Source: a bacterium
GTDB lineage: Bacteria > Auribacterota > UBA3054
Direction: 5' to 3'
DNA length: 64,000 nt
Assembly: GCA_017616555.1 (NCBI GenBank)
Contig: JAFZXZ010000032.1
Location: 115,862 to 179,861, forward strand
The notes under the pieces were generated by a model. It was not told where the DNA came from. It saw nothing but the letters and a program-made list of their open reading frames with translations, and did no database searches. Both the position numbers and the translations under genes were made by a program. Below, piece after piece: positions 55,634 to 64,000 of this stretch; position 1 is the stretch's first letter; each line of letters opens with the position of its first letter.

Positions 55634-56772
55634 ATAAGAGCGAGGTGGCGGCGCGCTTGGGCGGCGAAGCGGAAGGAGAGATCTTCGATGCCGAAGACGC
55701 GGCGGCCTATGAGGTAGCTTTCCTGGATGTCGTTGAAAGGCTTGTACCAGTGCTCTGAGAGCGTGGCGTTTCCCCAGGCCGCACCCGCGATCGAGCCGGC
55801 GGTGGCGGCGGTACAGTCGCAGTCGTGGGCCATGGCGACGCACTGCGAGATGACGGTGTCAACTGACTTCGTTTCGTGGCCGAGGCCCAGGGCGAATATG
55901 GTCAGGCAGGCGTTGTTGATGGTATGGACGGGAGACATTTCGGGGAAGCGTTCATCGACTAGTTTCGCGGCTTCTCTGTAGTCTTTTACTTTGCCGTAAA
56001 GGGAGAGGGCCCATTTAATCGCTTCCGCCAGGTCGCAGTTTTCCGGGATCTCAAATAATCCCGCTTCCAAGGCGGATGAGGGATCTTTCAAGGCGAAGGC
56101 TGCGGAGATGACGGCTGCAAAATACATTTCCCCGTAGATGCCGTTTTTGCGGTGGCTGATGTAGGCGTCGGTGTAGGCTAATTTGGCGGCTAATCTCGGG
56201 TTGCCGGGGGCCATGTAGGCGAAGCCGTCGCAGCGGATGTCGGCGCCGATCCATTCGTCGTAATGGTTGTTTATCTCAGCGGCTTTTTCGGGAGCAACGC
56301 CGGCTTTTAGATTGTCCAAGGTCACTTTCTCAGCGGTGCAGGCCATGGGCAGGTATTTGAGCCAGGCATTTGCCACGTCTTCGAGAGCAAAAGGGAAATT
56401 CTTCGCTTCTTCGGCAATGAGGAGTCCCAGAATGGTGTAGGTGGTGTCGTCATCCACGGGAGAATATCTCATCTCTCCCTTGGTGTACTGGCGGTTTCTG
56501 CCGAGAATGTAGCGCGGTTCCTCAGGATCAGGGGAAGAGGGCCAGTAGTCGGTCATGGGGTAGGGGACGCCGATCTCCTTGGCGTAATTTTCCATTTTTA
56601 TGAGAGACCAGCCTTCCACTATGGCTCCCAGGTTGCAGCCGGCTATACGGGCCAAGAGGGAGCTTAAAACCATGCTCTGGTAATCGTCAGGGATCTCGGT
56701 CCAATATTTTTTGCTGCCTTGGGGAGAGGCGGCGACTATTTCTTCGTAAGCGTTGGGTTCGCGGTCAGGCAT
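55624..56772 (-). CDS. ADP-ribosylglycohydrolase family protein (DraG/ARH-like)
   Basis: It has the ADP-ribosylglycohydrolase fold signature (DDDTTYTILGLL, GGDCDCTAATAGSIAGA...). It is the last gene of the minus-strand operon. Confidence 0.65.
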   Translation of the reverse strand: MPDREPNAYEEIVAASPQGSKKYWTEIPDDYQSMVLSSLLARIAGCNLGAIVEGWSLIKMENYAKEIGVPYPMTDYWPSSPDPEEPRYILGRNRQYTKGEMRYSPVDDDTTYTILGLLIAEEAKNFPFALEDVANAWLKYLPMACTAEKVTLDNLKAGVAPEKAAEINNHYDEWIGADIRCDGFAYMAPGNPRLAAKLAYTDAYISHRKNGIYGEMYFAAVISAAFALKDPSSALEAGLFEIPENCDLAEAIKWALSLYGKVKDYREAAKLVDERFPEMSPVHTINNACLTIFALGLGHETKSVDTVISQCVAMAHDCDCTAATAGSIAGAAWGNATLSEHWYKPFNDIQESYLIGRRVFGIEDLSFRFAAQARRHLALIYP

Positions 56773-57070
56773 TCTGCTTTTCCTTGCGGCGGGCGATGAA
56801 GGCGAGTGTTACCTGGATAAGCTCGGCGGCGGCGAAGCCGGTCCAGCTGATGACGAGAAGGCCGTTGCTGGCGGCCTCGGCGTTCCAGAGCTTGATAACG
56901 TTGGCTTTCAGTTCGTTTGTGATGGTGGGGGCGTTCTGGAAAGCCGCTACTGCTTCCTCATGTAATGAGGTGAAGTTGGCGAACCTGGGAGCGAAGGCGA
57001 TGAGCATGGCGATGGCCCAGAGAAAAACCACTACCGCCAGCGCATCCGCGGCTTTGCGGTAAGCGTTCAT
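56765..57070 (-). CDS. small two-TM membrane protein
   Basis: It is 101 aa with two hydrophobic helices. It has an ATGCCTGA overlap with the downstream ARH gene and a 2-nt gap from the upstream gene. Confidence 0.45.
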   Translation of the reverse strand: MNAYRKAADALAVVVFLWAIAMLIAFAPRFANFTSLHEEAVAAFQNAPTITNELKANVIKLWNAEAASNGLLVISWTGFAAAELIQVTLAFIARRKEKQNA

Positions 57071-57071
57071 G

Positions 57072-57797
57072 TCAGGGCTCCTCGACTTCGGATGGTGAGA
57101 AGAGGCTCACGGATTCCACGCACTTTAAGCCCATCAGCTGGGCGGTGGCGTATTCCTCGCTGACCCTGAACCTCAGACGGAAGGAGTAGGTGGCCTCGAT
57201 GGCGGTGCCGGATTTTATGGTGCGGGAGTGCAGCATTTTTATGGAAGTGCCGAGTTGCTTCATGCGGCCCATGATCTCAGCGCCAGAATCAAGCTTGCTC
57301 TCTGGATTCTCGGTGCTGAAAATGATCTTGGCGATTATCTCTCTGTGGCGGAGGCTCCAGGGAGTGTATTCCGTGAAGACGAAGGAGAGCCAGATGATGA
57401 CGAAGCCGATGGCGCCGATCCTGTGCTGGCCGGTGCCGGCAGCCATGCCAAGGGCCACGGCCATGAAGACGAAAGCGGTGTCGCGGTTGTCCTTTATGAT
57501 GGTGCGGAACCTGACGACGCTCATGGCGCCCATCAATCCGAAGGCCACGGCCACGGCGGAGGAGCCCCTGACGTTCAGGATGACCATCATCACAAGCGTT
57601 ATGATGATCTCCATCATGACAAGCGTTTGCATGAAGGTCTTGTTGCCGTGCACGCCGCGGCAGAAGCGGTAGAGCAAAACCAAGAGGAACGCGAAGAGCG
57701 CGGCTACGGCGAAGTTGTTGACCACGTCTATCCAGGTGGTCGGCGCCAGGGCGTTCAGCGTCCACTGCATCATTTCATATTCGGCAGTCTGGTTCAT
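57072..57797 (-). CDS. DUF4956-family membrane protein
   Basis: Four TM helices in the N-terminal half are followed by a soluble C-terminus. It is the typical partner of VTC-domain proteins. Confidence 0.6.
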   Translation of the reverse strand: MNQTAEYEMMQWTLNALAPTTWIDVVNNFAVAALFAFLLVLLYRFCRGVHGNKTFMQTLVMMEIIITLVMMVILNVRGSSAVAVAFGLMGAMSVVRFRTIIKDNRDTAFVFMAVALGMAAGTGQHRIGAIGFVIIWLSFVFTEYTPWSLRHREIIAKIIFSTENPESKLDSGAEIMGRMKQLGTSIKMLHSRTIKSGTAIEATYSFRLRFRVSEEYATAQLMGLKCVESVSLFSPSEVEEP

Positions 57798-57800
57798 AAA

Positions 57801-58544
57801 TTAACTTTCCTCCTCGCGCAATATGACTTTTTCTATGCAGTGCGCGTATTTGGATATGGAAGTCTGGGTGATCTCGAATTTGGTCAAAAAGCGCCGCATC
57901 CATTCCGGCATGAGGCGGTCGAATTTCAGTTCCAGTATGGCTCCGGGAAGCGCGATCTGCTCCTCCTCGTATGGCTCGAAAAGCGTGTAGGAATAGGAAT
58001 GATCCACAGCCCTTAAATTAGTGTCGATGGTGAACCTCACTTCGCCGTCGTCTTTTCCGATGAAGGGGTTGCGGTCGTAGATGACGGTGGTCATGGGACG
58101 ATACCCTTTGACGAAGCAGTTGTGCAAAAAGCGGTGGGCGTTGGCCCTCAGGTAGTCGGTGGGAAACTCCACTTCATCGAGAGTCTTGCTGCGGTCCATG
58201 ATCTCCTGAAGCTCGCTTAATTTCATGGGCGCGCGGTCTTTGCCGACCTGCTGGCGGGAGCGGTATTTTATTTCCAGGAAAACATTGTTCTCAGGCGTGA
58301 CGTTGGCGTAACCTCTGACGCGGAATTTTCTGCGGTCTTTCAAGCCTATGAGTTTTTCTTTGTAAAGCGTCAGGTTGTCGTCATCGAAATAAACGGAGCG
58401 GATGGTGTAGCCGGGGACGCCCAGGCCGTTGGGCTTGGCGTGCTGGTCGGGCTGAACGTAAGGCGATGCGTACGCTATGGCCTTGTCTATAAGGTCATAG
58501 GGAAGAAAATACTTCAGCTCATAGCGGCCGTGGAAATTCGCCAT
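57801..58544 (-). CDS. VTC-domain (CYTH-like, polyphosphate-polymerase-domain) protein
   Basis: The N-terminal YELKYFLPYD and the size (247 aa) match bacterial VTC domain proteins. Confidence 0.6.
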   Translation of the reverse strand: MANFHGRYELKYFLPYDLIDKAIAYASPYVQPDQHAKPNGLGVPGYTIRSVYFDDDNLTLYKEKLIGLKDRRKFRVRGYANVTPENNVFLEIKYRSRQQVGKDRAPMKLSELQEIMDRSKTLDEVEFPTDYLRANAHRFLHNCFVKGYRPMTTVIYDRNPFIGKDDGEVRFTIDTNLRAVDHSYSYTLFEPYEEEQIALPGAILELKFDRLMPEWMRRFLTKFEITQTSISKYAHCIEKVILREEES

Positions 58545-58547
58545 TTT

Positions 58548-59642
58548 TCACTCCTTGCGAAGGGAGTTGTTGAATTTCTGATAGAGAGAGCGCAGAGCCG
58601 CAAGAGAGGAGTGGTAAGGGTCTATCTTGATGGAGGGGATGATGGCTTCGCCGGTCATGGAGGAGATGGCGGAGAAGGGGACGTCCCTTATGGGGATGAG
58701 AGCGTGCACGACGGAAAGGCCCATCAAGGGGACCGGAACGATGGAAACGGATTCCACTTTGCCGGTGACGGTCAGATTCTCATTGTGGAAAGACAAAACA
58801 GCTTCGAGGCCGGGCTGGATCTCGTTGGAGAAATTCAGTGGGGCCACCACGCGGGCGTAGATGGGATCCTCGTTGACAACTCTTAGGATGGTCTTGACTT
58901 CCGGGTCAAGCGAGACCTGCGTGACGCGCCCGTTTACAGGGGTCGTAACCGTCCTGGCTTCCAGGCGGTCGTTGACCATTTCCAACTCTTTCTGCGCGAC
59001 GCGCAGTTCCGCTTTGGCCGTATTTATGACGTTGGAGGAGCAGGCCATTTTGCGGGCGTTCAGGTCGGCTTCCGCCACGCTGATCTCCGCGAAACGGCTG
59101 TTCAGCTCCTCCTCCGCCTGCTGCACCTCGTCGTTGGAAATGTAGCCGGTGTTGTAGAGCACGCGGCGGCGCTCCACGAGGGGAAGGTAGCTGTAATAAT
59201 TCGTGTAGGCCAGGGAGACGAGTTTTTCGCCTTCCGTGACGCGCTCCTGCAATTCGCCGGAGAGAAGATTGTCCAAGGTGGCCTGGTACATATCGACTTT
59301 GGCCTGGAGCATCTTCTTCTGCGATTCGTCGTAGAGGGAGTGGAAGGTCAGGACATGGTCGCCAACTTTGACTAGGGACCCTTCTTTAATGCCGGGCGCC
59401 AGTTCCGTATTGACCACGTCGTAGCGGTCAAAGCGGAAGGTCGTGACGCCGGCCAGGGCCTGCATGCGGCCTTTCAGGTGCTTGGCTATAAAGTCCCCGG
59501 GCCTTTCCTGCTGGATGGTCCATTGCTCGGATGCCTCCAATTCAAAAGGACACTTCAAAGCGGCGACGTCGGTCTGCAAAATAAAATACAGAACGACGCC
59601 GGAAATGGCGATGATGAGGAAATATCTAAGCCAAAGCCACAC
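58548..59642 (-). CDS. HlyD-like membrane-fusion / periplasmic adaptor family protein
   Basis: It has an N-terminal TM, a lipoyl-like beta-hairpin (VKEGSLVKVGDHVLTF), a long coiled-coil and a beta-barrel (PVNGRVTQVSL). No cognate ABC/RND pump gene is adjacent. Confidence 0.55.
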   Translation of the reverse strand: MWLWLRYFLIIAISGVVLYFILQTDVAALKCPFELEASEQWTIQQERPGDFIAKHLKGRMQALAGVTTFRFDRYDVVNTELAPGIKEGSLVKVGDHVLTFHSLYDESQKKMLQAKVDMYQATLDNLLSGELQERVTEGEKLVSLAYTNYYSYLPLVERRRVLYNTGYISNDEVQQAEEELNSRFAEISVAEADLNARKMACSSNVINTAKAELRVAQKELEMVNDRLEARTVTTPVNGRVTQVSLDPEVKTILRVVNEDPIYARVVAPLNFSNEIQPGLEAVLSFHNENLTVTGKVESVSIVPVPLMGLSVVHALIPIRDVPFSAISSMTGEAIIPSIKIDPYHSSLAALRSLYQKFNNSLRKE

Positions 59643-59658
59643 TTAAGAACTCTCTTAA

Positions 59659-61113
59659 CTACCTTCTGAGGAAAGCGCCGGCAAGAGCCAGCAGAGCCAT
59701 CAGGGCGAAAGCCGGTTCGGGAACACTGTTGGTCTCGCAGGGCGTTCCGTAGATCGCGACCGATGCGGCCCAGGCGTTGGGCTGAGTGTTGTCGGCGTTG
59801 GGATCGCTCAACTCAAGACTTGGGCCGAGTCCGGCGCAGCCGGTAGGCCAGGGAGCGGTGGAGCGGTAGGTGACAACGTCCACTTCCTGTCCGTTGGCAT
59901 TCTGGAGAGAGATAGTGTCGCCGGTGTTGGAGAGGCCGAAGTCGAATTCGTAGATGGCGGCGCCGACAGGGAGGGCGTAAACCGTCTCAATGGCGGCCTG
60001 GCGGTCGGTGATGAGCAGGAATTCCCTGGCGCCCAACACAGTGTCCTTGGGCAGACGGTACTTGTCGTCGCTCGTCTCAAAACGCCAGTAGCTGACGTCA
60101 ATGTCTTCGTCGGTGCGGTTGAAGAGCTCCACGTATTCGTAGTTCTTGCAGTTGCCCTTCGTGTTGGTGTAGGCTATGTCGAGGCACTGGTACATGATCT
60201 CGTTGATGACGACGCCGGAATAAACGGGATCGTTAGTGACGACGTACATGTAGGGAGCTCTGTAGGCGTTCCAGTATTTTCTAAGGGTGTTGCCGCTGTA
60301 ATCTTCGACCAGGGCGTAATAGAAGACGGTGGTGCCTTCTTCCATAGCAGGAAGATTGCAGACCCATTCGTTGCCTTCCAGGATGGTCATGCTCTTGGCG
60401 GTGTAATCGCCGTTTTCGGAAGTGGAGTAGAAGATCTTGGCGCTCTTTACAGCTTTGTCATCCCTGCTGTTGTCATAGGCCCAGATGTGTATTTCCGGGG
60501 AGGTGACGGAGGTGGGGGCGTTGGGGTTGCGGCTGTGCTTGCCGACATAGAGTCCGCAGGTCTCGGGATTTTTCGTGCCGGGGGAGCCGCCTTCCGCATT
60601 GCTGACATTCCAGGTCTGCCAGGTGTTGTTGTAGTCGGCGTAGGGATAGACGAGCACGTTGGAATAAGCGGAGCCGTCCGGCCATTCGCCGCCGTCAGAG
60701 ATGGTGGAATATTCGATCTTGTGCTGAACTTTGCCGGTCTTGTCAATTAAGACCACGTCGTCGCTGTTTTTGCCAAAGCCGATGCCGGTGGGGCCGAGGA
60801 TATTAGACACAGTGGGATAGATGTCGCAGAAGGCCGCGTCGGAATAAAGGACTACGCATTCGCCGGCGGCAAGAGTCGTGCCTTCCGGGATAGTGTACAG
60901 CGTTCCGCCCTCGTCGTATTTGTCGTCGCCGAGCTTCCAGCCGGAGATATTGACAGCGCCGTCGCCGTAGTTGCAGATCTCCACCCAGTCGTCGCTCTTA
61001 AAAGGCTTCTTGGCGTCGTAGGTGAATTCGCTGATGAGGACATCAGCCAAAAGGCCGACGGACATAAGGCCAGCGAGCAGAGCCGGGAGGTATTTGTGAA
61101 GTTTCATGACCAT
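59659..61113 (-). CDS. secreted protein with two lamin-tail (LTD) domains and a C-terminal PEP-CTERM sorting signal
   Basis: LISEFTYD...WVEICNYGDGAVNISGWKLGD and VINEIMYQ...EYVELFNRTDEDIDVSYWRF are LTD signatures. The C-terminus is VPEPAFALMALLALAGAFLRR. Confidence 0.65.
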   Translation of the reverse strand: MVMKLHKYLPALLAGLMSVGLLADVLISEFTYDAKKPFKSDDWVEICNYGDGAVNISGWKLGDDKYDEGGTLYTIPEGTTLAAGECVVLYSDAAFCDIYPTVSNILGPTGIGFGKNSDDVVLIDKTGKVQHKIEYSTISDGGEWPDGSAYSNVLVYPYADYNNTWQTWNVSNAEGGSPGTKNPETCGLYVGKHSRNPNAPTSVTSPEIHIWAYDNSRDDKAVKSAKIFYSTSENGDYTAKSMTILEGNEWVCNLPAMEEGTTVFYYALVEDYSGNTLRKYWNAYRAPYMYVVTNDPVYSGVVINEIMYQCLDIAYTNTKGNCKNYEYVELFNRTDEDIDVSYWRFETSDDKYRLPKDTVLGAREFLLITDRQAAIETVYALPVGAAIYEFDFGLSNTGDTISLQNANGQEVDVVTYRSTAPWPTGCAGLGPSLELSDPNADNTQPNAWAASVAIYGTPCETNSVPEPAFALMALLALAGAFLRR

Positions 61114-61273
61114 TCTCCTGTTTGGGATGAATTAGAGCGTAGCTATCAATTTTATTTCAGTATCTTTTTATTCTATCCAAAAAGGGGAAATGAAACAAGG
61201 TGCAGGGGACTCAAAATTTGTCAGAAGCCCAAAATTTGATAAAATGAGTGAAATAATCCCTAGGAGGTTTTTT

Positions 61274-64000
61274 ATGCGCAAGCACTACCAGATCCTGGCC
61301 GCCGTTATCGCGGTCATCTTTGCCGTGACGTCTTTCGCCGCGGATTTCTGCCTTACTCTTGACCCCAACGGGGCCAAGACAGCCCAAATTTCCTCGACGT
61401 ACCCCGGCGCTCCGGAACCGAAGGTCGAGAATGCTATGTTTTCCCTCGCCGAACTTAAGATCGGCGACACGGTGACATTCCTGACGCCCCAGGGCGAACT
61501 GAAGGGTGACGTCACTTACGCTGTCAAAGACGTGAACGGCATAGTCTGCCGAGCCGGCAATCTGGACAATTTCGCCGGCCAGTGGCGCATCGCGGCCGGT
61601 CCCAACGTGCTTTTCGGCGTTGTGGAAGACCTTACGGCCGACGCCCGCTATGAGATCAGCGGCACCAAGCAGAAAGGCGTTTACGAGGTTAAGGAATGCT
61701 CCTATAGCGAGCGCTGCGCCCAGATGTCTAACCCGGAGGACCACGAGGCGCCCGTCTGGGAAGAGCAGAACTCTATCGCAGGCTTCGGCGTTCCCGCCGC
61801 TGACCTTACTCCCGAGCAGTCTGCCTGGGCCGCCAACTGGGACGACGACGAAGTGGTGGAGCTGACCATCATAGTCCTTTTCTCCAACCAAACAATCGAA
61901 TCCGCCGGCAGCCTGGAAGCCGCCAATACTAAAGTGGCCGCAGGCATTGCGGTCTGCAACCAGGCTATGCAGAACAGCCTTATCAAAGCGAAGCTGACCT
62001 GCGTCGGAACGTACCTTTGCGACTACGAGGAGACGAAGGACTCGAGCCTTGACCTCTCCCGCATGCAGCAGGGCAAGGAAGGCTTCGAGTTCGTGCCTGC
62101 CTTGAGAAACAAGCTGGGCGCTGACTTCGTCTGCTACGCTCCGAGATACATGACTTCCGGCTGGGCCGGCTTGGGATATGTCCACGGCAGTCCGACAGGC
62201 GCGGAAGGCTGCGGTTTCCATATCGTGCTCTATAGCTACTTGGAAGATCTTTCCTGGGTCCACGAGTGGGGCCACAATATGGGCTGCAACCACTCCGCCG
62301 AACAGTCATCCAGTCCCGGCCCCTCCGACGGCGGCCTTTTCGGACACAGCCTGGGCTGCTACTTCTACGCCACCAACCTTACCCAGAGATGCCTTTCCAT
62401 CATGACCTACCACGGCAGCTGGAACGGCACTTACTACGGCTACAGGGTGCCTTACTTCTCCGAACAGTTCCTCAACTACGGCGGCTCCGCGGTCTATTAC
62501 AACAGTAAGACAAGATGCGCCACCGTCTGGCAGAAGATCAGAAAGTACGCCTCTCTGTACCGCACGCCTCCCGTCCTTTCCGAATTCAACTGCGGATTCG
62601 AAGCGGACGAAGACTTCTATCTGGGCGACGCCACCTGGCAGCAGGGCATAATCAATCTTAGCGCCACCGGCCAGATCAAGGAAGAGAGCGGCAACTATTA
62701 CCTCCACAGCCAGGGCGGCAACGGCTTCCAGGTTCCCGTTAACGTCAGGTCCGACAACGGGTATGGCACCTACAAGGTCAGCGTAAGGGTCAAGCCGACT
62801 TTCGGCGGCACCTACTTTGACATCAGGGGCGCCAAGGACGCCCTCTGCTACGCTTACGTCACCAGCGACGGAAAGCTGAGCCTGGCCTGTTCTTCCACTC
62901 CCGGCGGCAGCGTCAACAAATCCACCACTCTGCAGCAGATCTCTACCGGCTGGCAGACCTGGACCTTCTTCATCGACGAAAACAACAAGGAGTTCATAGG
63001 CTGGTCCGTCAATAACGAGTACCACAGCGCGACCGAATGCTACGTCGCGGGTTCCGACGACGTTTACGTCAGTTCCGTCTGGCTCAAAGACGTCAGCTCG
63101 GGCGGCGCCGATTTCGACGACATCCATGTGGACTGCGGCATCGGCGATCTTAAGCTTTCTGCCAAGCCGATGGAAATAGGCTCCACCCTTACCGCCATCA
63201 CTCTGACGAACTGCCACGAGAACACCACCATAAAATACAAAGCCAAGATCGTAAAAGGCGCCGATCACTTCACGATCTCCCCGGTGGAAGGCCTTTTCAA
63301 GAGCGACGCCACGATCCAGGTGGAAGCTTTCGATCTTCCCACCACTCCCCAGTTCCTGGAATGCGTGGTGGAAGTGGAAGCCGGTTACGCCGGCACAAAG
63401 AGAGTGCGCCTTGGCGCGCCCTGCGGCAACGAAACTGACGGCTACGGTCTCTATTCCGCCGATCTTTCCACGTTCCCGAAAGGCGATCCCGGCGATTACG
63501 ACTGCCTCTGGGAAGACGGCGGCAGTCTCGATTACGCTTTCGACCACTATGTGACGGAAGTCTTGCTTGACGAAGACTTCGAAGATTATCCCGGCAACAC
63601 CAACCTTGGCGGCATCGGCGGCTGGGGAAGCGGATACGGCACCATAGACAGGGACGGCTCCATCTACGTCAGGGAAAGATTCGGCAACAGGTATTGCGAG
63701 ATCGCCTACGTCAACAATCTCTTCGGCGCTCACAAGACCCTTGACAAGACAATGAAGCCCAACTGGTGGGCCGGCCACACCAAAGGCTACTTCCGCATCA
63801 GCTTCGACGCGATGCTGACCGGCACTTCCAGCAAGTTCTTCGGACTCTGGGATCCCCAGATGGTGGAAGGCAACTTCGAGTATGTCAACGGCAGCGGCTA
63901 CCGCTTCCGCAGCAACGCCAGTGACGCCAACCATACGGAGTTCGTTTCCCAGAATTACATTTCCCAGGCCAGCTGGACGAGAGTCAGCATGATCATAGAG
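61274..64000 (+). CDS. large secreted metzincin-type zinc metalloprotease (3' end beyond window)
   Basis: It is not in the ORF track because no stop occurs before the window end. RBS aggagg lies at 61263. It has a signal peptide (MRKHYQILAAVIAVIFAVTSFAA). The frame stays open for 909 codons with GC3-rich codon usage. HEWGHNMGCNH is an HExxHxxGxxH motif. Confidence 0.65.
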   Translation, partial: MRKHYQILAAVIAVIFAVTSFAADFCLTLDPNGAKTAQISSTYPGAPEPKVENAMFSLAELKIGDTVTFLTPQGELKGDVTYAVKDVNGIVCRAGNLDNFAGQWRIAAGPNVLFGVVEDLTADARYEISGTKQKGVYEVKECSYSERCAQMSNPEDHEAPVWEEQNSIAGFGVPAADLTPEQSAWAANWDDDEVVELTIIVLFSNQTIESAGSLEAANTKVAAGIAVCNQAMQNSLIKAKLTCVGTYLCDYEETKDSSLDLSRMQQGKEGFEFVPALRNKLGADFVCYAPRYMTSGWAGLGYVHGSPTGAEGCGFHIVLYSYLEDLSWVHEWGHNMGCNHSAEQSSSPGPSDGGLFGHSLGCYFYATNLTQRCLSIMTYHGSWNGTYYGYRVPYFSEQFLNYGGSAVYYNSKTRCATVWQKIRKYASLYRTPPVLSEFNCGFEADEDFYLGDATWQQGIINLSATGQIKEESGNYYLHSQGGNGFQVPVNVRSDNGYGTYKVSVRVKPTFGGTYFDIRGAKDALCYAYVTSDGKLSLACSSTPGGSVNKSTTLQQISTGWQTWTFFIDENNKEFIGWSVNNEYHSATECYVAGSDDVYVSSVWLKDVSSGGADFDDIHVDCGIGDLKLSAKPMEIGSTLTAITLTNCHENTTIKYKAKIVKGADHFTISPVEGLFKSDATIQVEAFDLPTTPQFLECVVEVEAGYAGTKRVRLGAPCGNETDGYGLYSADLSTFPKGDPGDYDCLWEDGGSLDYAFDHYVTEVLLDEDFEDYPGNTNLGGIGGWGSGYGTIDRDGSIYVRERFGNRYCEIAYVNNLFGAHKTLDKTMKPNWWAGHTKGYFRISFDAMLTGTSSKFFGLWDPQMVEGNFEYVNGSGYRFRSNASDANHTEFVSQNYISQASWTRVSMIIE

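Noticed and set aside
61211-63934. Two long minus-strand ORFs from the track (61211..62293 and 62306..63934)
   Set aside because: The + strand frame is open for the entire 2.7 kb. It has an RBS, a signal peptide, a metzincin HExxHxxGxxH motif and GC3-biased codons. The minus frames are Gly/Ala/Val-rich shadows.

Overview
This is a 64 kb window of a GC-rich (~58%) bacterial chromosome, densely coded on both strands. The ORF track shows many long antisense 'shadow' ORFs, as expected at this GC content. The gene content points to an anaerobe, and the low-confidence taxonomic guess is a PVC-type lineage (Lentisphaerae/Kiritimatiellae-like). The anaerobe signals are NfnAB, indolepyruvate:ferredoxin oxidoreductase IorAB, a DUF362 Fe-S protein, and Fe-S aldo/keto reductases. 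The lineage guess rests on PEP-CTERM, lamin-tail-domain, FG-GAP and expanded FGE-domain proteins. Recognisable housekeeping genes are mutL, hisI, argG, trpB, ribBA, ribH, nusB, hpt, purE, tsaC, rpsI, rplM, a tRNA-Gly(UCC), gap, pgk, thiD, tatAC, tldD/pmbA, gcvT and two UvrD-family helicases. One helicase is truncated at the 5' edge of the window. The accessory content is the more interesting part. (1) Two tandem paralogous giant secreted proteins carry 8 and 5 divergent InlB-B-like ~66-aa repeats and a C-terminal FGE-sulfatase (SUMF1-like) domain. Both have near-identical extended -10/RBS leaders. (2) A NapH+NapG-like fused membrane polyferredoxin sits immediately upstream of two Tat-signal, lipobox aldo/keto reductases with C-terminal 4Fe-4S domains. 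This looks like a candidate periplasmic quinol-linked reductase system. (3) A minus-strand operon encodes an HlyD-like adaptor, a VTC domain protein, a DUF4956 protein, a small membrane protein and an ADP-ribosylglycohydrolase. It converges on a ~1.2 kb low-GC islet that carries an orphan Phd/YefM antitoxin. (4) Tandem FG-GAP propeller paralogs, a split YfhO-like membrane protein, and a LTD/PEP-CTERM protein lie in the window. A large metzincin-like secreted protease also runs off the 3' end on the + strand, and is missing from the ORF track. No CRISPR array, IS element or prophage was recognised.
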